From positions 24,360 through 88,359 of the forward strand of contig JAEZTV010000015.1 of assembly GCA_023421245.1 (NCBI GenBank): a stretch of DNA of 64,000 nt, given 5' to 3'. A model generated the notes under the pieces. It did not search any database, was not told where the DNA came from, and saw only the letters and a list, made by a program, of their open reading frames with translations. Shown here piece after piece: positions 53,132-62,853 of the stretch. This DNA comes from Bacillota bacterium. GTDB taxonomy: Bacteria > Bacillota > Clostridia > Oscillospirales > Ruminococcaceae. The position numbers and the translations under genes were made by a program. Numbering within the stretch: the stretch's first letter is position 1; each line of letters begins with the position of its first letter.

Positions 53132-54331
53132 ATGCAAACTGCCACGAGTAAAACACAGGCAATCATCGGCGATTGTAATGATTATGTTTTAAATACCTAC
53201 AACCGCTGCCCCGTAGCGTTGGTTAAGGGTGAACATGCCCGATGCACCGGAGCGGACGGCGAAGGGTACATAGACTTTACCAGCGGTATCGGCGTAAACG
53301 CACTGGGCTTTTGCGATGCCGAGTGGGCGCAGGCGGTAGCAAAGCAGGCGGCGACGCTAAACCATACCTCTAACCTGTTTTACTCCGAGCCGTGTATAAG
53401 GCTTGCAAAACGCCTTGCCGAGCTTACGGGCCTGAGCAAGACCTTCTTTGCAAACTCAGGAGCCGAGGCAAACGAGGGGCTCATTAAGCTTGCGCGCAAA
53501 AAAAGCTTTGACAAATACGGCGAAGGCAGAAGCCGTATTATTACGCTAAAGAACTCTTTCCACGGCAGAACGATCTCCACTCTGTCCGCCACGGGGCAGG
53601 ATGTGTTTCGCAACTATTTTTCTCCGTTTACCGAGGGTTTTTCCTATGCTGACGCAAACGATCTGGAAAGCGTTAAGGCGCAGTGGGGCGACGATGTTTG
53701 CGGTGTGCTGCTTGAGGTTGTGCAGGGGGAAGGCGGCATTATACCGCTTGATCCTGCCTTTGTAAAGGCAATCGAAGCCCTGTGCCGCGAGAGGGATGCC
53801 GCCCTGCTTATTGACGAGGTACAGACCGGCATTGGACGCACCGGTACATTCTTTGCCTACGAGCAGTACGGCATATCGCCCGATGCGGTATCGTTTGCCA
53901 AGGGCATCGGCGGCGGCTTGCCCCTCGGCGGATTTATGGTAAACGAGCAGTACGCCGCTGTGCTGACACCCGGCACGCATGCCACGACCTTCGGAGGCAA
54001 CCCCATTGCGTGTGCGGGCGCTTTGACGGTGCTTGACCGTGTATCCGACCCGGCATTCCTGTCGGAGGTCATAAAAAAGTCGGATTACATCAAAGAGCAC
54101 CTGATTGCTATGCCGCATGTGACTGAACTTTCAGGACTTGGCCTGATGATTGGCATCTCGCTTTCGTGCAAAGCATCCGCCGCACAGCTTGCGGGGGCGT
54201 GCGCGGATAGCGGGCTGCTCATCCTTACTGCAAAGGCAAAGCTTCGTATGCTGCCGCCGCTTACAATCTCGTACGAGGAGATTGACGCAGGGCTTGCAAT
54301 CCTTAAACAGGTTCTGCAAAGCGCGATGTAA
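53132..54331 (+). CDS. argD: acetylornithine aminotransferase
   Basis: Class-III aminotransferase blocks. DEVQTGIGRTG, and the PLP Lys in SFAKGIGGG. Confidence 0.94.
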   Translation: MQTATSKTQAIIGDCNDYVLNTYNRCPVALVKGEHARCTGADGEGYIDFTSGIGVNALGFCDAEWAQAVAKQAATLNHTSNLFYSEPCIRLAKRLAELTGLSKTFFANSGAEANEGLIKLARKKSFDKYGEGRSRIITLKNSFHGRTISTLSATGQDVFRNYFSPFTEGFSYADANDLESVKAQWGDDVCGVLLEVVQGEGGIIPLDPAFVKAIEALCRERDAALLIDEVQTGIGRTGTFFAYEQYGISPDAVSFAKGIGGGLPLGGFMVNEQYAAVLTPGTHATTFGGNPIACAGALTVLDRVSDPAFLSEVIKKSDYIKEHLIAMPHVTELSGLGLMIGISLSCKASAAQLAGACADSGLLILTAKAKLRMLPPLTISYEEIDAGLAILKQVLQSAM

Positions 54332-54411
54332 CGGGCATATACAACATCAGTACTATCTTAAAAGAGGTTTTTGCCAATGTGCAGAAACCCCGGAAGGGCA
54401 GTGATAACCCA

Positions 54412-55317
54412 ATGAAGCATTTATTAAAGATGGCCGACCTTACCGGCGAGGAGATTACCGAGCTGCTAAACCTTGCCGACCAGCTAAAATATGAGCAAAA
54501 GCACGGCATTACCCACCACCATCTTGCGGGCAAGACGCTTGGCATGATCTTTCAAAAGGCGTCCACCCGTACGCGTGTATCGTTTGAGGTGGGCATGTAC
54601 CAGCTTGGCGGGCAGGCGTTATTCTTAAACGCAAACGACATGCAGATAGGGCGCGGAGAGCCGGTGGAGGACACCGCACGCGTGCTTTCGCGCTACCTTG
54701 ACGGCATAATGATTCGAACCTACAAGCAGCAGGAGGCCGAAGCGCTTGCGGAGTATGGCAGCATTCCCGTTATCAACGGGCTGACCGATTATGCTCACCC
54801 CTGTCAGGTGCTTGCCGACCTTATGACCATCCGCGAGTATAAGGGCGTGCTTAAAGGCCTGAAGCTGTGTTATGTCGGCGACGGCAACAACATGGCAAAC
54901 TCGCTGATTGTGGGTGCGCTTAAATGCGGCATGACCGTTTCAGCGGCCACCCCAAAGGGCTACGAGCCCGCCGTGACGGTGCTTGACTATGCAGACACCA
55001 CCGGCGCGTTTGCCCTGACAAACGACCCCAAAGAGGCTGCGAAGGATGCGGATGTCGTCATCACCGATGTGTGGGCGTCGATGGGGCAGGAGCAGGACGC
55101 GGTGCGCCGCCGTCAGGAATTCAAGGGCTTTATGGTGGATACACTTTTGATGCAGCACGCAAGGCCGGACGCTATCGTACAGCACTGTCTGCCCGCGCAT
55201 AAGGGCGAAGAGATTGCCGCCGACGTGTTTGAAGCCCACGCCGCCGAAATCTTTGAGGAGGCCGAAAACCGCCTGCACGCGCAGAAGGCTGTACTCGTCA
55301 AGCTGATGGGCAGATAA
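54412..55317 (+). CDS. argF: ornithine carbamoyltransferase
   Basis: STRTRVSFE, HPCQ, HCLP motifs. Start at ATG 54412. Confidence 0.96.
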   Translation: MKHLLKMADLTGEEITELLNLADQLKYEQKHGITHHHLAGKTLGMIFQKASTRTRVSFEVGMYQLGGQALFLNANDMQIGRGEPVEDTARVLSRYLDGIMIRTYKQQEAEALAEYGSIPVINGLTDYAHPCQVLADLMTIREYKGVLKGLKLCYVGDGNNMANSLIVGALKCGMTVSAATPKGYEPAVTVLDYADTTGAFALTNDPKEAAKDADVVITDVWASMGQEQDAVRRRQEFKGFMVDTLLMQHARPDAIVQHCLPAHKGEEIAADVFEAHAAEIFEEAENRLHAQKAVLVKLMGR

Positions 55318-55334
55318 ATTGTTTGGCATACAGC

Positions 55335-55379
55335 AAAAGGCCGCATGGGGAAATTCCTCGTGCGGCCTTTTATTGTTTT
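55335..55379 (+). terminator. intrinsic terminator ending the arg cluster
   Basis: AAAAGGCCGCA-loop-TGCGGCCTTTT followed by ATTGTTTT. Confidence 0.8.
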
Positions 55380-55678
55380 GCTCATTGGCAGGCTTTTATA
55401 CTTTACACATTAAAAAGTGCATGAATTTCCGTGCACGCGCGCAAAGCTGGGTTTTTGCCGGCGTTTACAGTAGGTCAATACACCTCCGGGCGTGTGGCAG
55501 GGTTTGCCTTGCGCACTTGTTTTCAGGTGGATTACTATATAATATACTAGTTTTGTGGTATACTAAACCTAATATGCGGTTGCCGGTTTACGGCAGGGTT
55601 TTTACCGAATTTGTCGACCGAACAACTGTAAACAATAAGCGGGCTTCCCCGTACGGAAGCGGAAAGGCGAGGGATAGT

Positions 55679-56530
55679 ATGAACAGTTTACAAGACACCT
55701 ACACACTGCACAACGGAGTGAAAATCCCCTGCGTTGGCTTTGGCACTTGGCAGATTCCCGACGGAGATGCTGCCTATACCGCGGTAACACAGGCAATCGA
55801 GTGCGGCTACCGCCACATCGATACCGCGGCTGCCTACGAGAATGAGGAGAGTGTGGGGCGCGCTGTGCGTGAATGCGGGGTAGACCGCAGCGAATTGTTT
55901 GTGACCACCAAGCTGTGGAACAGCGACCACGGGTACGACAACACCATGCGTGCCTTTGAGGCGAGCATGCGGCGTCTGGGGCTTGAGTATCTTGACCTGT
56001 ATCTGATTCACTGGCCGGTTCCCGTCGGCCATAAGCACGATTATAAAGAACTCAACCGCGATTCATGGAGGGCGTTTGAGGAGCTTTACCATGCGGGACG
56101 CATCAAGGCAATTGGGGTAAGCAACTTTTTGGTGCATCATCTCAAGGACTTGTTTGAAACCTGCGAGATTAAGCCAATGGTAAACCAGATTGAGCTTCAT
56201 CCCGAATACACGCAGGAGGAGCTTGCGCTGTTTTGCAAAAACAACAATATCGTTGTCGAGGCATGGAGCCCGCTGATGCAGGGGCGTATCTTCAAGCTGC
56301 CGCTGCTGCGTGAGCTTAGCGAAAAATACGGCAAATCGGTGTCACAGGTTGCGCTGCGCTGGTATGTACAAAAGGGAATTATTCCGCTGCCAAAGGCATC
56401 CAGCCGCGATCATGTTCTGCAAAATGGCGATATATTCGGTTTTGCTCTATCTGATGAGGATGTTGCAAAGATCGACGGTCTGGGCACCACAGGCAGAATC
56501 GGCTCCGACCCTGATAATATCAATTTCTAG
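55679..56530 (+). CDS. aldo/keto reductase
   Basis: LHNGVKIPCVGFGTWQ ... GYRHIDTAAAYENE ... LYLIHWP. Start at ATG 55679 (GGAAAGGCGAGGG RBS); the track start is far over-extended. Confidence 0.92.
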   Translation: MNSLQDTYTLHNGVKIPCVGFGTWQIPDGDAAYTAVTQAIECGYRHIDTAAAYENEESVGRAVRECGVDRSELFVTTKLWNSDHGYDNTMRAFEASMRRLGLEYLDLYLIHWPVPVGHKHDYKELNRDSWRAFEELYHAGRIKAIGVSNFLVHHLKDLFETCEIKPMVNQIELHPEYTQEELALFCKNNNIVVEAWSPLMQGRIFKLPLLRELSEKYGKSVSQVALRWYVQKGIIPLPKASSRDHVLQNGDIFGFALSDEDVAKIDGLGTTGRIGSDPDNINF

Positions 56531-56564
56531 CCAAAAAAAGTTAATCTTTCTGCAATATTCTTAA

Positions 56565-56622
56565 TTGACGAAAGCTTCCAGATGCGTTATACTCTTTATT
56601 GAACAATTGTTCAATAAAGAGT
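56565..56622 (+). promoter_or_regulatory. promoter overlapped by a perfect 32-bp palindromic operator
   Basis: TTGACG, 17 nt, TATACT (56588-93). ACTCTTTATTGAACAA|TTGTTCAATAAAGAGT at 56591-56622. Confidence 0.75.
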
Positions 56623-56634
56623 GGAGGCATGGTT

Positions 56635-58107
56635 ATGACAAAACGTACGGCGATCATCGGCGCGGGGCTTGCCGGTCTTAGCGCGGGCATTTACCTGCAG
56701 AAAAACGGCGTGCAAACCGAAATTTTTGAGATTTCCGGCCAAACGGGCGGTATGTGTACCGCGTGGCAGCGCGATGGCTATTGGTTTGACGGCTGCATTG
56801 ACTGGATGGTAGGCACCAAACAGGGTGATGGATTTCACAAGCTTTACCTGGAAACAGGCGCGCTCACACCCGATACCGAGATCTATAACGCACCCAGCGT
56901 CTTAGCCGAGATTGGCGGCAGAATGTATGACATTCCGATGGATTTGGGTAGGTTTGAGTCCTTTCTGACAGCACTATCGCCGCAGGATGAAAAACCGATT
57001 AAAGGCCTCTGCAAAAAAATAAAAAAGATGGCCGAAACGCCGATGCCTACGGGTATTGTGGGTAGCTTTGGCGAAATGGTTGACATGCTTATATCCAGCA
57101 GCGGTTTTTTTAGCCTGGCGATAAGCGGCTCGGGCATAACGGTGGCCGACTATGCAAAGCGCTTTGCGAGCGATGAAATACGTGCCATACTTTACAATCT
57201 GATGCCGGCCGAGTTTTCTGTGTTGGCGCTTGTTTTGATGCTCGGCACACGCATGGGCGGCAATGCAGGCTACCCCATGGGCGGCGCGCGAGACGTAGCG
57301 CGGGGTATGACCGAACACTATCTCTCATTGGGCGGCACACTGCACCTCTCCACTAAGGTTGATAAAATTGAGGTAACAGACGGCAAAGCGACCGCAGTCG
57401 AGGCAAAAGGGGTACGCTACGAGGCGGATTCGGTCATTGCGGCCTGTGATATGTACGATACCATCTACCGCATGCTGGATGGAAAATACCGCCACACTAA
57501 GCTTGAGCAGATGCTGCGCGAGGCGCCGCTGTTTCCGCCGCTGTGTGTCGTATCGTTTGGCCTTTCTAAAAAGCTTGGTCTGCCCTATGCCGTAACATAT
57601 GAATGCAAGGGCGAGATTGCGTGTGCGGGCGAGCCGGGAACGCCGGATTATATGGATGTGGACACACTTAGCATAAAGGCATTTGAGTTTGACCCATCCG
57701 CAGCACCCGAGGGACATACCAGTGCGGTGGCTATGTTTAGCGCGCCGCTGGATTACTGGAAGAACCTGCGTAACAGCGACATGGACGCTTACCGCAGACG
57801 CAAGGATGAGCTTGCCGCACAGGCCATACAGGCAATTGAAAAGCGTCTGCCGGGCTTCGCACAAGCCATTGTGGTGACCGATGTAGCAACCCCTGCCACC
57901 TATGTGCGCTATGCAAACCTTTACAAAGGCTCGTGGGAGGGCTTTGCGCCGACAGCTAAAACGGTTGGAAAACAGCTAAAACCTACGATTGACGGCGTAA
58001 AGGGGTTGTATCTTGCCGGCCAGTGGGTTACAGTAGGCGGCGGACTGTGTACGGCGGTGGGGTCAGGACGCAGCGCGGCCCTACAGACACTGAAATACCT
58101 GCGCTGA
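56635..58107 (+). CDS. NAD(P)/FAD-dependent oxidoreductase, phytoene desaturase (CrtI)-like
   Basis: AIIGAGLAGLSAG dinucleotide fold. ~490 aa. C-terminal GLYLAGQWVTVGGGL. GGAGG RBS before ATG 56635. Confidence 0.8.
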   Translation: MTKRTAIIGAGLAGLSAGIYLQKNGVQTEIFEISGQTGGMCTAWQRDGYWFDGCIDWMVGTKQGDGFHKLYLETGALTPDTEIYNAPSVLAEIGGRMYDIPMDLGRFESFLTALSPQDEKPIKGLCKKIKKMAETPMPTGIVGSFGEMVDMLISSSGFFSLAISGSGITVADYAKRFASDEIRAILYNLMPAEFSVLALVLMLGTRMGGNAGYPMGGARDVARGMTEHYLSLGGTLHLSTKVDKIEVTDGKATAVEAKGVRYEADSVIAACDMYDTIYRMLDGKYRHTKLEQMLREAPLFPPLCVVSFGLSKKLGLPYAVTYECKGEIACAGEPGTPDYMDVDTLSIKAFEFDPSAAPEGHTSAVAMFSAPLDYWKNLRNSDMDAYRRRKDELAAQAIQAIEKRLPGFAQAIVVTDVATPATYVRYANLYKGSWEGFAPTAKTVGKQLKPTIDGVKGLYLAGQWVTVGGGLCTAVGSGRSAALQTLKYLR

Positions 58108-58116
58108 AAGAAGGAA

Positions 58117-58707
58117 ATGGGGATGGGCATGAACAAACGCGAGCAGCAAAGACAGCGCCGCAGAGAAGAAATATTGCTGTGCGCCGCCGACCTGTTCATC
58201 ACCAAAGGGTACGAGGCAACCGGTATCCGCGACATTGCCGCGCGTTTGAACATCAGCACCGGCCTGTTTTTTAACTATTTCGAGAGTAAGGAAAAGGCAT
58301 ATTTTGAGCTGATTCAGATTGGCGTGCAAACGCCCCGGGTGCTTGTTGAGCAATGCATGAAGGAGCCCTCGCCCATCCAGGTATTTCGTGTAATTGCAAA
58401 AGAGATATTCGGCGCGCTCCGCGAAAGCTCGTTTACGGCAAAGATGTTTTTGCTGATGATGCAGGCTACCAATTCCGAAAGTTTGCCGGCATCGGTTAAA
58501 GAGCTGCTAAACGATTTTGACATGGTAACGCCGATGATTTCATTAGTCCGGCAGGGGCAGGCATTAGGTGAAATCCGTGCGGGAGACCCCTATGCGATTG
58601 CCATCGCCTACTGGGGTGCGATACAGGGAATTGCGGAGTACGCGGCGGTTAATCCGATGATTCCATTACCCGAGCCGGAATGGATTGTGCAGATGATTAA
58701 AAAATAA
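58117..58707 (+). CDS. TetR/AcrR family transcriptional regulator
   Basis: RREEILLCAADLFITKGYEATGIRDIAARLNISTGLFFNYFESKEKAY HTH. Confidence 0.9.
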   Translation: MGMGMNKREQQRQRRREEILLCAADLFITKGYEATGIRDIAARLNISTGLFFNYFESKEKAYFELIQIGVQTPRVLVEQCMKEPSPIQVFRVIAKEIFGALRESSFTAKMFLLMMQATNSESLPASVKELLNDFDMVTPMISLVRQGQALGEIRAGDPYAIAIAYWGAIQGIAEYAAVNPMIPLPEPEWIVQMIKK

Positions 58708-58744
58708 AAGGACACCACGATACAAATGAGAGGAACCACATAGT

Positions 58745-59518
58745 ATGAAGGCTTTGATTACAGGTGCGAGCTCGGGCATTGGGCGCGATATGGCGCGCGT
58801 GCTTGCCGGCATGGGGCATGATCTTATTCTGACCGCGCGCAGAACCGACCGATTGCAGGAGCTTAAGAATGAGCTTGGGAGCAACGTGACCATACTGCCG
58901 TTTGACCTTGCAAACACACAGGACTGCTATGCGCTGTATGAACAGGTGAAGGGCGAGAACATCGACATCCTCATCAACAACGCGGGCTTTGGGGTGTTTG
59001 GCGCGTTTGACGAAACTGACCTTGCACGTGAGCTTGGGATGATAAACGTCAACATCTGCGCGCTGCATATCCTTACCAAGCTGTTTTTACGTGATTTTAT
59101 TAAGGCCAACCGTGGCTATATCCTCAATGTATCGTCCTCGGCCGCGTTTTTGCCGGGGCCGCTGTTATCGGGGTATTATGCTTCCAAGGCGTATGTGATG
59201 CGCCTGACCACCGCGGTACATGAGGAATTGCGGCGCAGGGGGAGCAAGGTTTCGGTCAGCGTGCTCTGTCCGGGACCGGTGCATACTGAGTTTGACCGTA
59301 CTGCAGGCGTAGAATTCAGCCTGAAATCACTTTCCAGTGAGTATGTTGCGGGGTACGCCATCAAGCAGATGCTGCGCCGCAAGCTAATTATTGTACCGGG
59401 TACACAGATGAAGGCTGCCTATGTGTTTGGACGATTGTTGTCTGAACCGCTTCTTGCGCGCATAGCGTATAACCAACAGCATCGTAAGCAGGATGGGGGG
59501 ACCAAGCCAAAAGGCTAG
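58745..59518 (+). CDS. SDR family short-chain dehydrogenase/reductase
   Basis: TGASSGIG cofactor motif, NNAG, catalytic YYASKAY. Confidence 0.92.
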   Translation: MKALITGASSGIGRDMARVLAGMGHDLILTARRTDRLQELKNELGSNVTILPFDLANTQDCYALYEQVKGENIDILINNAGFGVFGAFDETDLARELGMINVNICALHILTKLFLRDFIKANRGYILNVSSSAAFLPGPLLSGYYASKAYVMRLTTAVHEELRRRGSKVSVSVLCPGPVHTEFDRTAGVEFSLKSLSSEYVAGYAIKQMLRRKLIIVPGTQMKAAYVFGRLLSEPLLARIAYNQQHRKQDGGTKPKG

Positions 59519-59544
59519 GCTTGCCTTTACCGATTAACACAGCC

Positions 59545-59585
59545 AAAAACGGCATGAACGCAGAGTCGCGTTCATGCCGTTTTTA
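59545..59585 (+). terminator. intrinsic terminator of the oxidoreductase/TetR/SDR operon
   Basis: ACGGCATGAACGC-AGAGTC-GCGTTCATGCCGT followed by TTTT. Confidence 0.85.
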
Positions 59586-59700
59586 TGATTTATCAGACTT
59601 TATATAATCAAGCACGTGACCTAAAACAGCTTTTCATTTATAGGTTTTCCGGCATAAAACGGTGCGGATAAAAATTAGTTAAAATATTCTATAAAAGGGG

Positions 59701-59760
59701 TTGACAGAATAACTGTACTATTGTATTATTGTATTAACGACCTAGTACAGTAATACAAAA
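59701..59760 (+). promoter_or_regulatory. promoter plus repeated operator half-sites of the second YtrA-like operon
   Basis: TTGACA, 17 nt, TATTAT. ACTGTACTA...TAGTACAGT inverted repeat. TTGTATTA occurs twice direct and once inverted. Confidence 0.65.
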
Positions 59761-59773
59761 AGGAGATGAGAGA

Positions 59774-60145
59774 GTGACGTGGGAACTAAAATCCGACCGG
59801 CCAATCTACCGGCAGTTGGTGGAGCATATTCAGCTTAAGATTATATCGGGCGGTTACCAGCCGGGTGAACGGCTGCCATCTGTGCGCGATCTGGCGGCGG
59901 AAGCTGCGGTAAACCCCAACACCATGCAAAAGGCACTTGCAGAGCTTGAGCAGAGCGGGCTTGTGTTTGCACAGCGCACAAGCGGACGCTACATTACGGA
60001 GGATGCGGACATGATATCTAAACTCAAAGACGAACTTGCCAGACAGCAGATTACAGAATTCCTGGATCGGATGGCGCAGTTAGGCCTCGGCCGCGAGGAA
60101 ATTATACGGCTCATGACAGAGATTAGGGAGGGGAGCGAACAATGA
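59774..60145 (+). CDS. GntR family (YtrA subfamily) transcriptional regulator
   Basis: PIYRQLVEHIQLKIISGGYQPGERLPSVRDLAAEAAVNPNTMQKALAELEQSG winged-HTH. GTG start after an AGGAGATGAG RBS. Confidence 0.85.
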   Translation: MTWELKSDRPIYRQLVEHIQLKIISGGYQPGERLPSVRDLAAEAAVNPNTMQKALAELEQSGLVFAQRTSGRYITEDADMISKLKDELARQQITEFLDRMAQLGLGREEIIRLMTEIREGSEQ

Positions 60146-60843
60146 GCACACCGATTTTTGAATGCAGAAACCTCAGCAAGTCGTTCAGCGGCAAAGCGGC
60201 GCTTTCGGGTGTGAATATCACGGTGGAGCGCGGACGGATTGTTGGCCTGCTGGGCCCAAATGGCAGCGGGAAAACCACGCTCATCAAGCTTGCAAACGGA
60301 TTGCTGACGCCTGCGGCGGGTGAGGTGGTTATTGCAGGGGCAGCACCGGGCATCGAGAGTAAGCGCATGGTATCTTACCTGCCTGAGCGCACCTATCTCG
60401 CCGACTGGATGCGCGTTTGTGACATCATCGCGTTCTTTGCGGATTTTTACGATAACTTTGATAGTGCAAAAGCATACGATATGCTTAAAAGTCTGGGTAT
60501 TGCCGCCCAGGATAGGCTCAAGACGATGTCAAAAGGCACACGCGAGAAGGTGCAGCTTATCCTTGTTATGAGCCGTAACGCGGATCTTTATCTGCTCGAT
60601 GAGCCGATTGGCGGGGTCGACCCGGCAGCGCGTGATTATATCCTTCATACCATTCTTACCAACTACAGTGAGAATGCGGCGGTAATTATCTCCACGCACC
60701 TTATCTCGGATATTGAACAGGTGCTAGATGATGTGGTGTTTTTGTCAAACGGTACGGTTGCCCTGACGGGCAGTGTAGATGAGATTCGCGACCGCCATGG
60801 AAAATCGGTGGACGCACTGTTTCGGGAGGTGTTCAAATGTTAG
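60142..60843 (+). CDS. ABC transporter ATP-binding protein
   Basis: Walker A GPNGSGKTT, signature MSKGTREKV, Walker B LYLLDEP. Confidence 0.9.
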   Translation: MSTPIFECRNLSKSFSGKAALSGVNITVERGRIVGLLGPNGSGKTTLIKLANGLLTPAAGEVVIAGAAPGIESKRMVSYLPERTYLADWMRVCDIIAFFADFYDNFDSAKAYDMLKSLGIAAQDRLKTMSKGTREKVQLILVMSRNADLYLLDEPIGGVDPAARDYILHTILTNYSENAAVIISTHLISDIEQVLDDVVFLSNGTVALTGSVDEIRDRHGKSVDALFREVFKC

Positions 60844-61628
60844 GAAAACTCATGAAATACGAGTGGAAGGCCACTGCCCGCGTGTTTGTGCCATTTTATA
60901 TAGCGGTGATGCTATTTGCACTAATTAATCGTGTATTTATCAGCTTAAACGTTACCGAGGGTTGGCTGGTGCTTCCTGCGGGGCTTTCGGCGGCAGGGTA
61001 TGTACTCGCCATCCTTGCGACCTTTGCACTTACCGTAATTATCATGATCCAGCGGTTTTACAAGAACTTGCTGGGTGACGAAGGCTACCTGATGTTTACG
61101 CTGCCGGTAAAAACATGGCAGAATATTTTTGCTAAAATGATCATTTCGGCGGTATGGATAATTGTCAGCGTTGTTGTTGTTTTTGGTTCCATCCTCCTTA
61201 TGGTAGCGCGCAAAGGCTTTTGGAGCGAAGTTAAAGCGGCTTTTGCACCGGTACAGGAGCTGATTTCGACACTTAACTGGGGTTCGTACATCGTTTGGAT
61301 TGTGCTCGGTGTGATTATAGCATTATTTTCGAGTATTGTGATGGTGTATGCCTCAATTGCAATCGGACAGTTGTTTAGCCGCCATAAGCTGATTGCATCT
61401 TTCGGCGCGTTTTTGGCAATCAATACGGTTTCGCAGTTTATTGAAAGCGGGCTGCTTGCAGTGTTATACGCGGTGGATCCCGAGATGTTTAACTCTGTCG
61501 CTGCGGTTCCGAGCGATGCGTTTTTCAAGACGCTAATCATTGGCATAGTCATATTAAATGCATTGTTTGGCGCGGGGTGCTATTTTGTTAGTCAGCACAT
61601 TCTTAAAAAGCGCTTAAACCTTGAATAA
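60837..61628 (+). CDS. ABC-2-like membrane permease component
   Basis: 263 aa, about 6 TM helices. Overlaps the ATPase stop. Confidence 0.7.
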   Translation: MLGKLMKYEWKATARVFVPFYIAVMLFALINRVFISLNVTEGWLVLPAGLSAAGYVLAILATFALTVIIMIQRFYKNLLGDEGYLMFTLPVKTWQNIFAKMIISAVWIIVSVVVVFGSILLMVARKGFWSEVKAAFAPVQELISTLNWGSYIVWIVLGVIIALFSSIVMVYASIAIGQLFSRHKLIASFGAFLAINTVSQFIESGLLAVLYAVDPEMFNSVAAVPSDAFFKTLIIGIVILNALFGAGCYFVSQHILKKRLNLE

Positions 61629-61653
61629 ATCTGAGTAACAGGGGAGAGTAATC

Positions 61654-61698
61654 AAAAGAACCGTTTACGGCCCGCCGGCTGTAAACGGTTCTTACTTT
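61654..61698. terminator. bidirectional intrinsic terminator between convergent genes
   Basis: AAGAACCGTTTAC ... GTAAACGGTTCTT (13 bp). T-rich tails on both strands. Confidence 0.75.
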
Positions 61699-61706
61699 AG
61701 TTTGTG

Positions 61707-62582
61707 TTACTGGGCTGCGATATCACCGTTTGGGGCGGCTGGCGGCAGCGTATCGGCATGTTCGCCGGTATCGGGCTTTTCAAACGCCGTAAAGTATGCG
61801 GTACACAGCATCAGTGGTGCGAGGGAAAGCGTTGCAATGCGCTCAATATACCACAGCGGATCAAGGGTATAGAATGCGTGCGCCGACGCCGCAATCAGCA
61901 TGCCGAGTGTGGCGGGAATAAGAATGACAGCCCCTACAACAGCGCTGAGGAACATCCAGCGTGCACCTGTTTTCGCAAACAAACCGGCAACCGCAAACGC
62001 AAAATACAAGAAATAAATGCTCAGTGCAACCAGCGACAACAGGGTAAGCAGGTTTTCACTGATGGTAAGCACGGTGCTTGTGCGCCGGAACGTATTAAGC
62101 AGGCGGACAACGACCCATGCCAACGGAACAAGAGGCAGGAATTTGTGGCTGATGCCGCGGCGGGCAATGGTAAGCACGCCAAAATATAAAAGCACCAGCG
62201 ATGCGGCAAAGCCCAGCATAGTCTCAGAGACCTGCATCAGCTTTATTGGAAAGCCGCCGATCATTTCCGCCAGTGTATAGGTGCTGGCAAACAGGTTGAC
62301 CCCGCCGGCGAGCAGCAGTGCCGCACCGGTTAATCTGCTATGCAGAAAAGAGGTTCGTGCTTGTGCAATGGTTTTGTCGGTAAAGCTTGTTAATGCGGCC
62401 AGCACAAAGAACAATGCAAGCCCGCCGTACAAAAGGTACACGGTGCTGTCGGTGGTGGTGAAAAATCCGGTTGAGATGTTAATGATCCAAAGGTACTGCC
62501 AAACTCGTATTGCTGTAAATACAGCTGCAGCAACAACGGCCAAAGAGCAGATTGTTTTACGCCTCAATAAAAACAACTCCAT
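61707..62582 (-). CDS. hypothetical polytopic (~8 TM) membrane protein
   Basis: 291 aa, hydrophobic throughout, with a Pro/Ala-rich soluble tail. No obvious RBS before ATG 62582. Confidence 0.6.
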   Translation of the reverse strand: MELFLLRRKTICSLAVVAAAVFTAIRVWQYLWIINISTGFFTTTDSTVYLLYGGLALFFVLAALTSFTDKTIAQARTSFLHSRLTGAALLLAGGVNLFASTYTLAEMIGGFPIKLMQVSETMLGFAASLVLLYFGVLTIARRGISHKFLPLVPLAWVVVRLLNTFRRTSTVLTISENLLTLLSLVALSIYFLYFAFAVAGLFAKTGARWMFLSAVVGAVILIPATLGMLIAASAHAFYTLDPLWYIERIATLSLAPLMLCTAYFTAFEKPDTGEHADTLPPAAPNGDIAAQ

Positions 62583-62853
62583 AAAAAGTATTGGGTGATA
62601 CTTAACAAACTTCAGAATGAAAACAAGTCCTCATTTGCAAGGTGATTGACGATACAAGAAAAGAGCGGTCGTGATAGGATAGAATTTATTATACCATAAA
62701 CAGACTGCAAAACGAATAATATCGTTTTGCTCAGGACACAGTCCTTGCAGATGCTGATTTCATCAGCTTTTGCAGTTTATGGTGTAGCATAGCCGCGTTC
62801 GTATCTTGCTATGCAAAACACTTATACTCGGCTTTGAATGTGCTCGCGGACAT

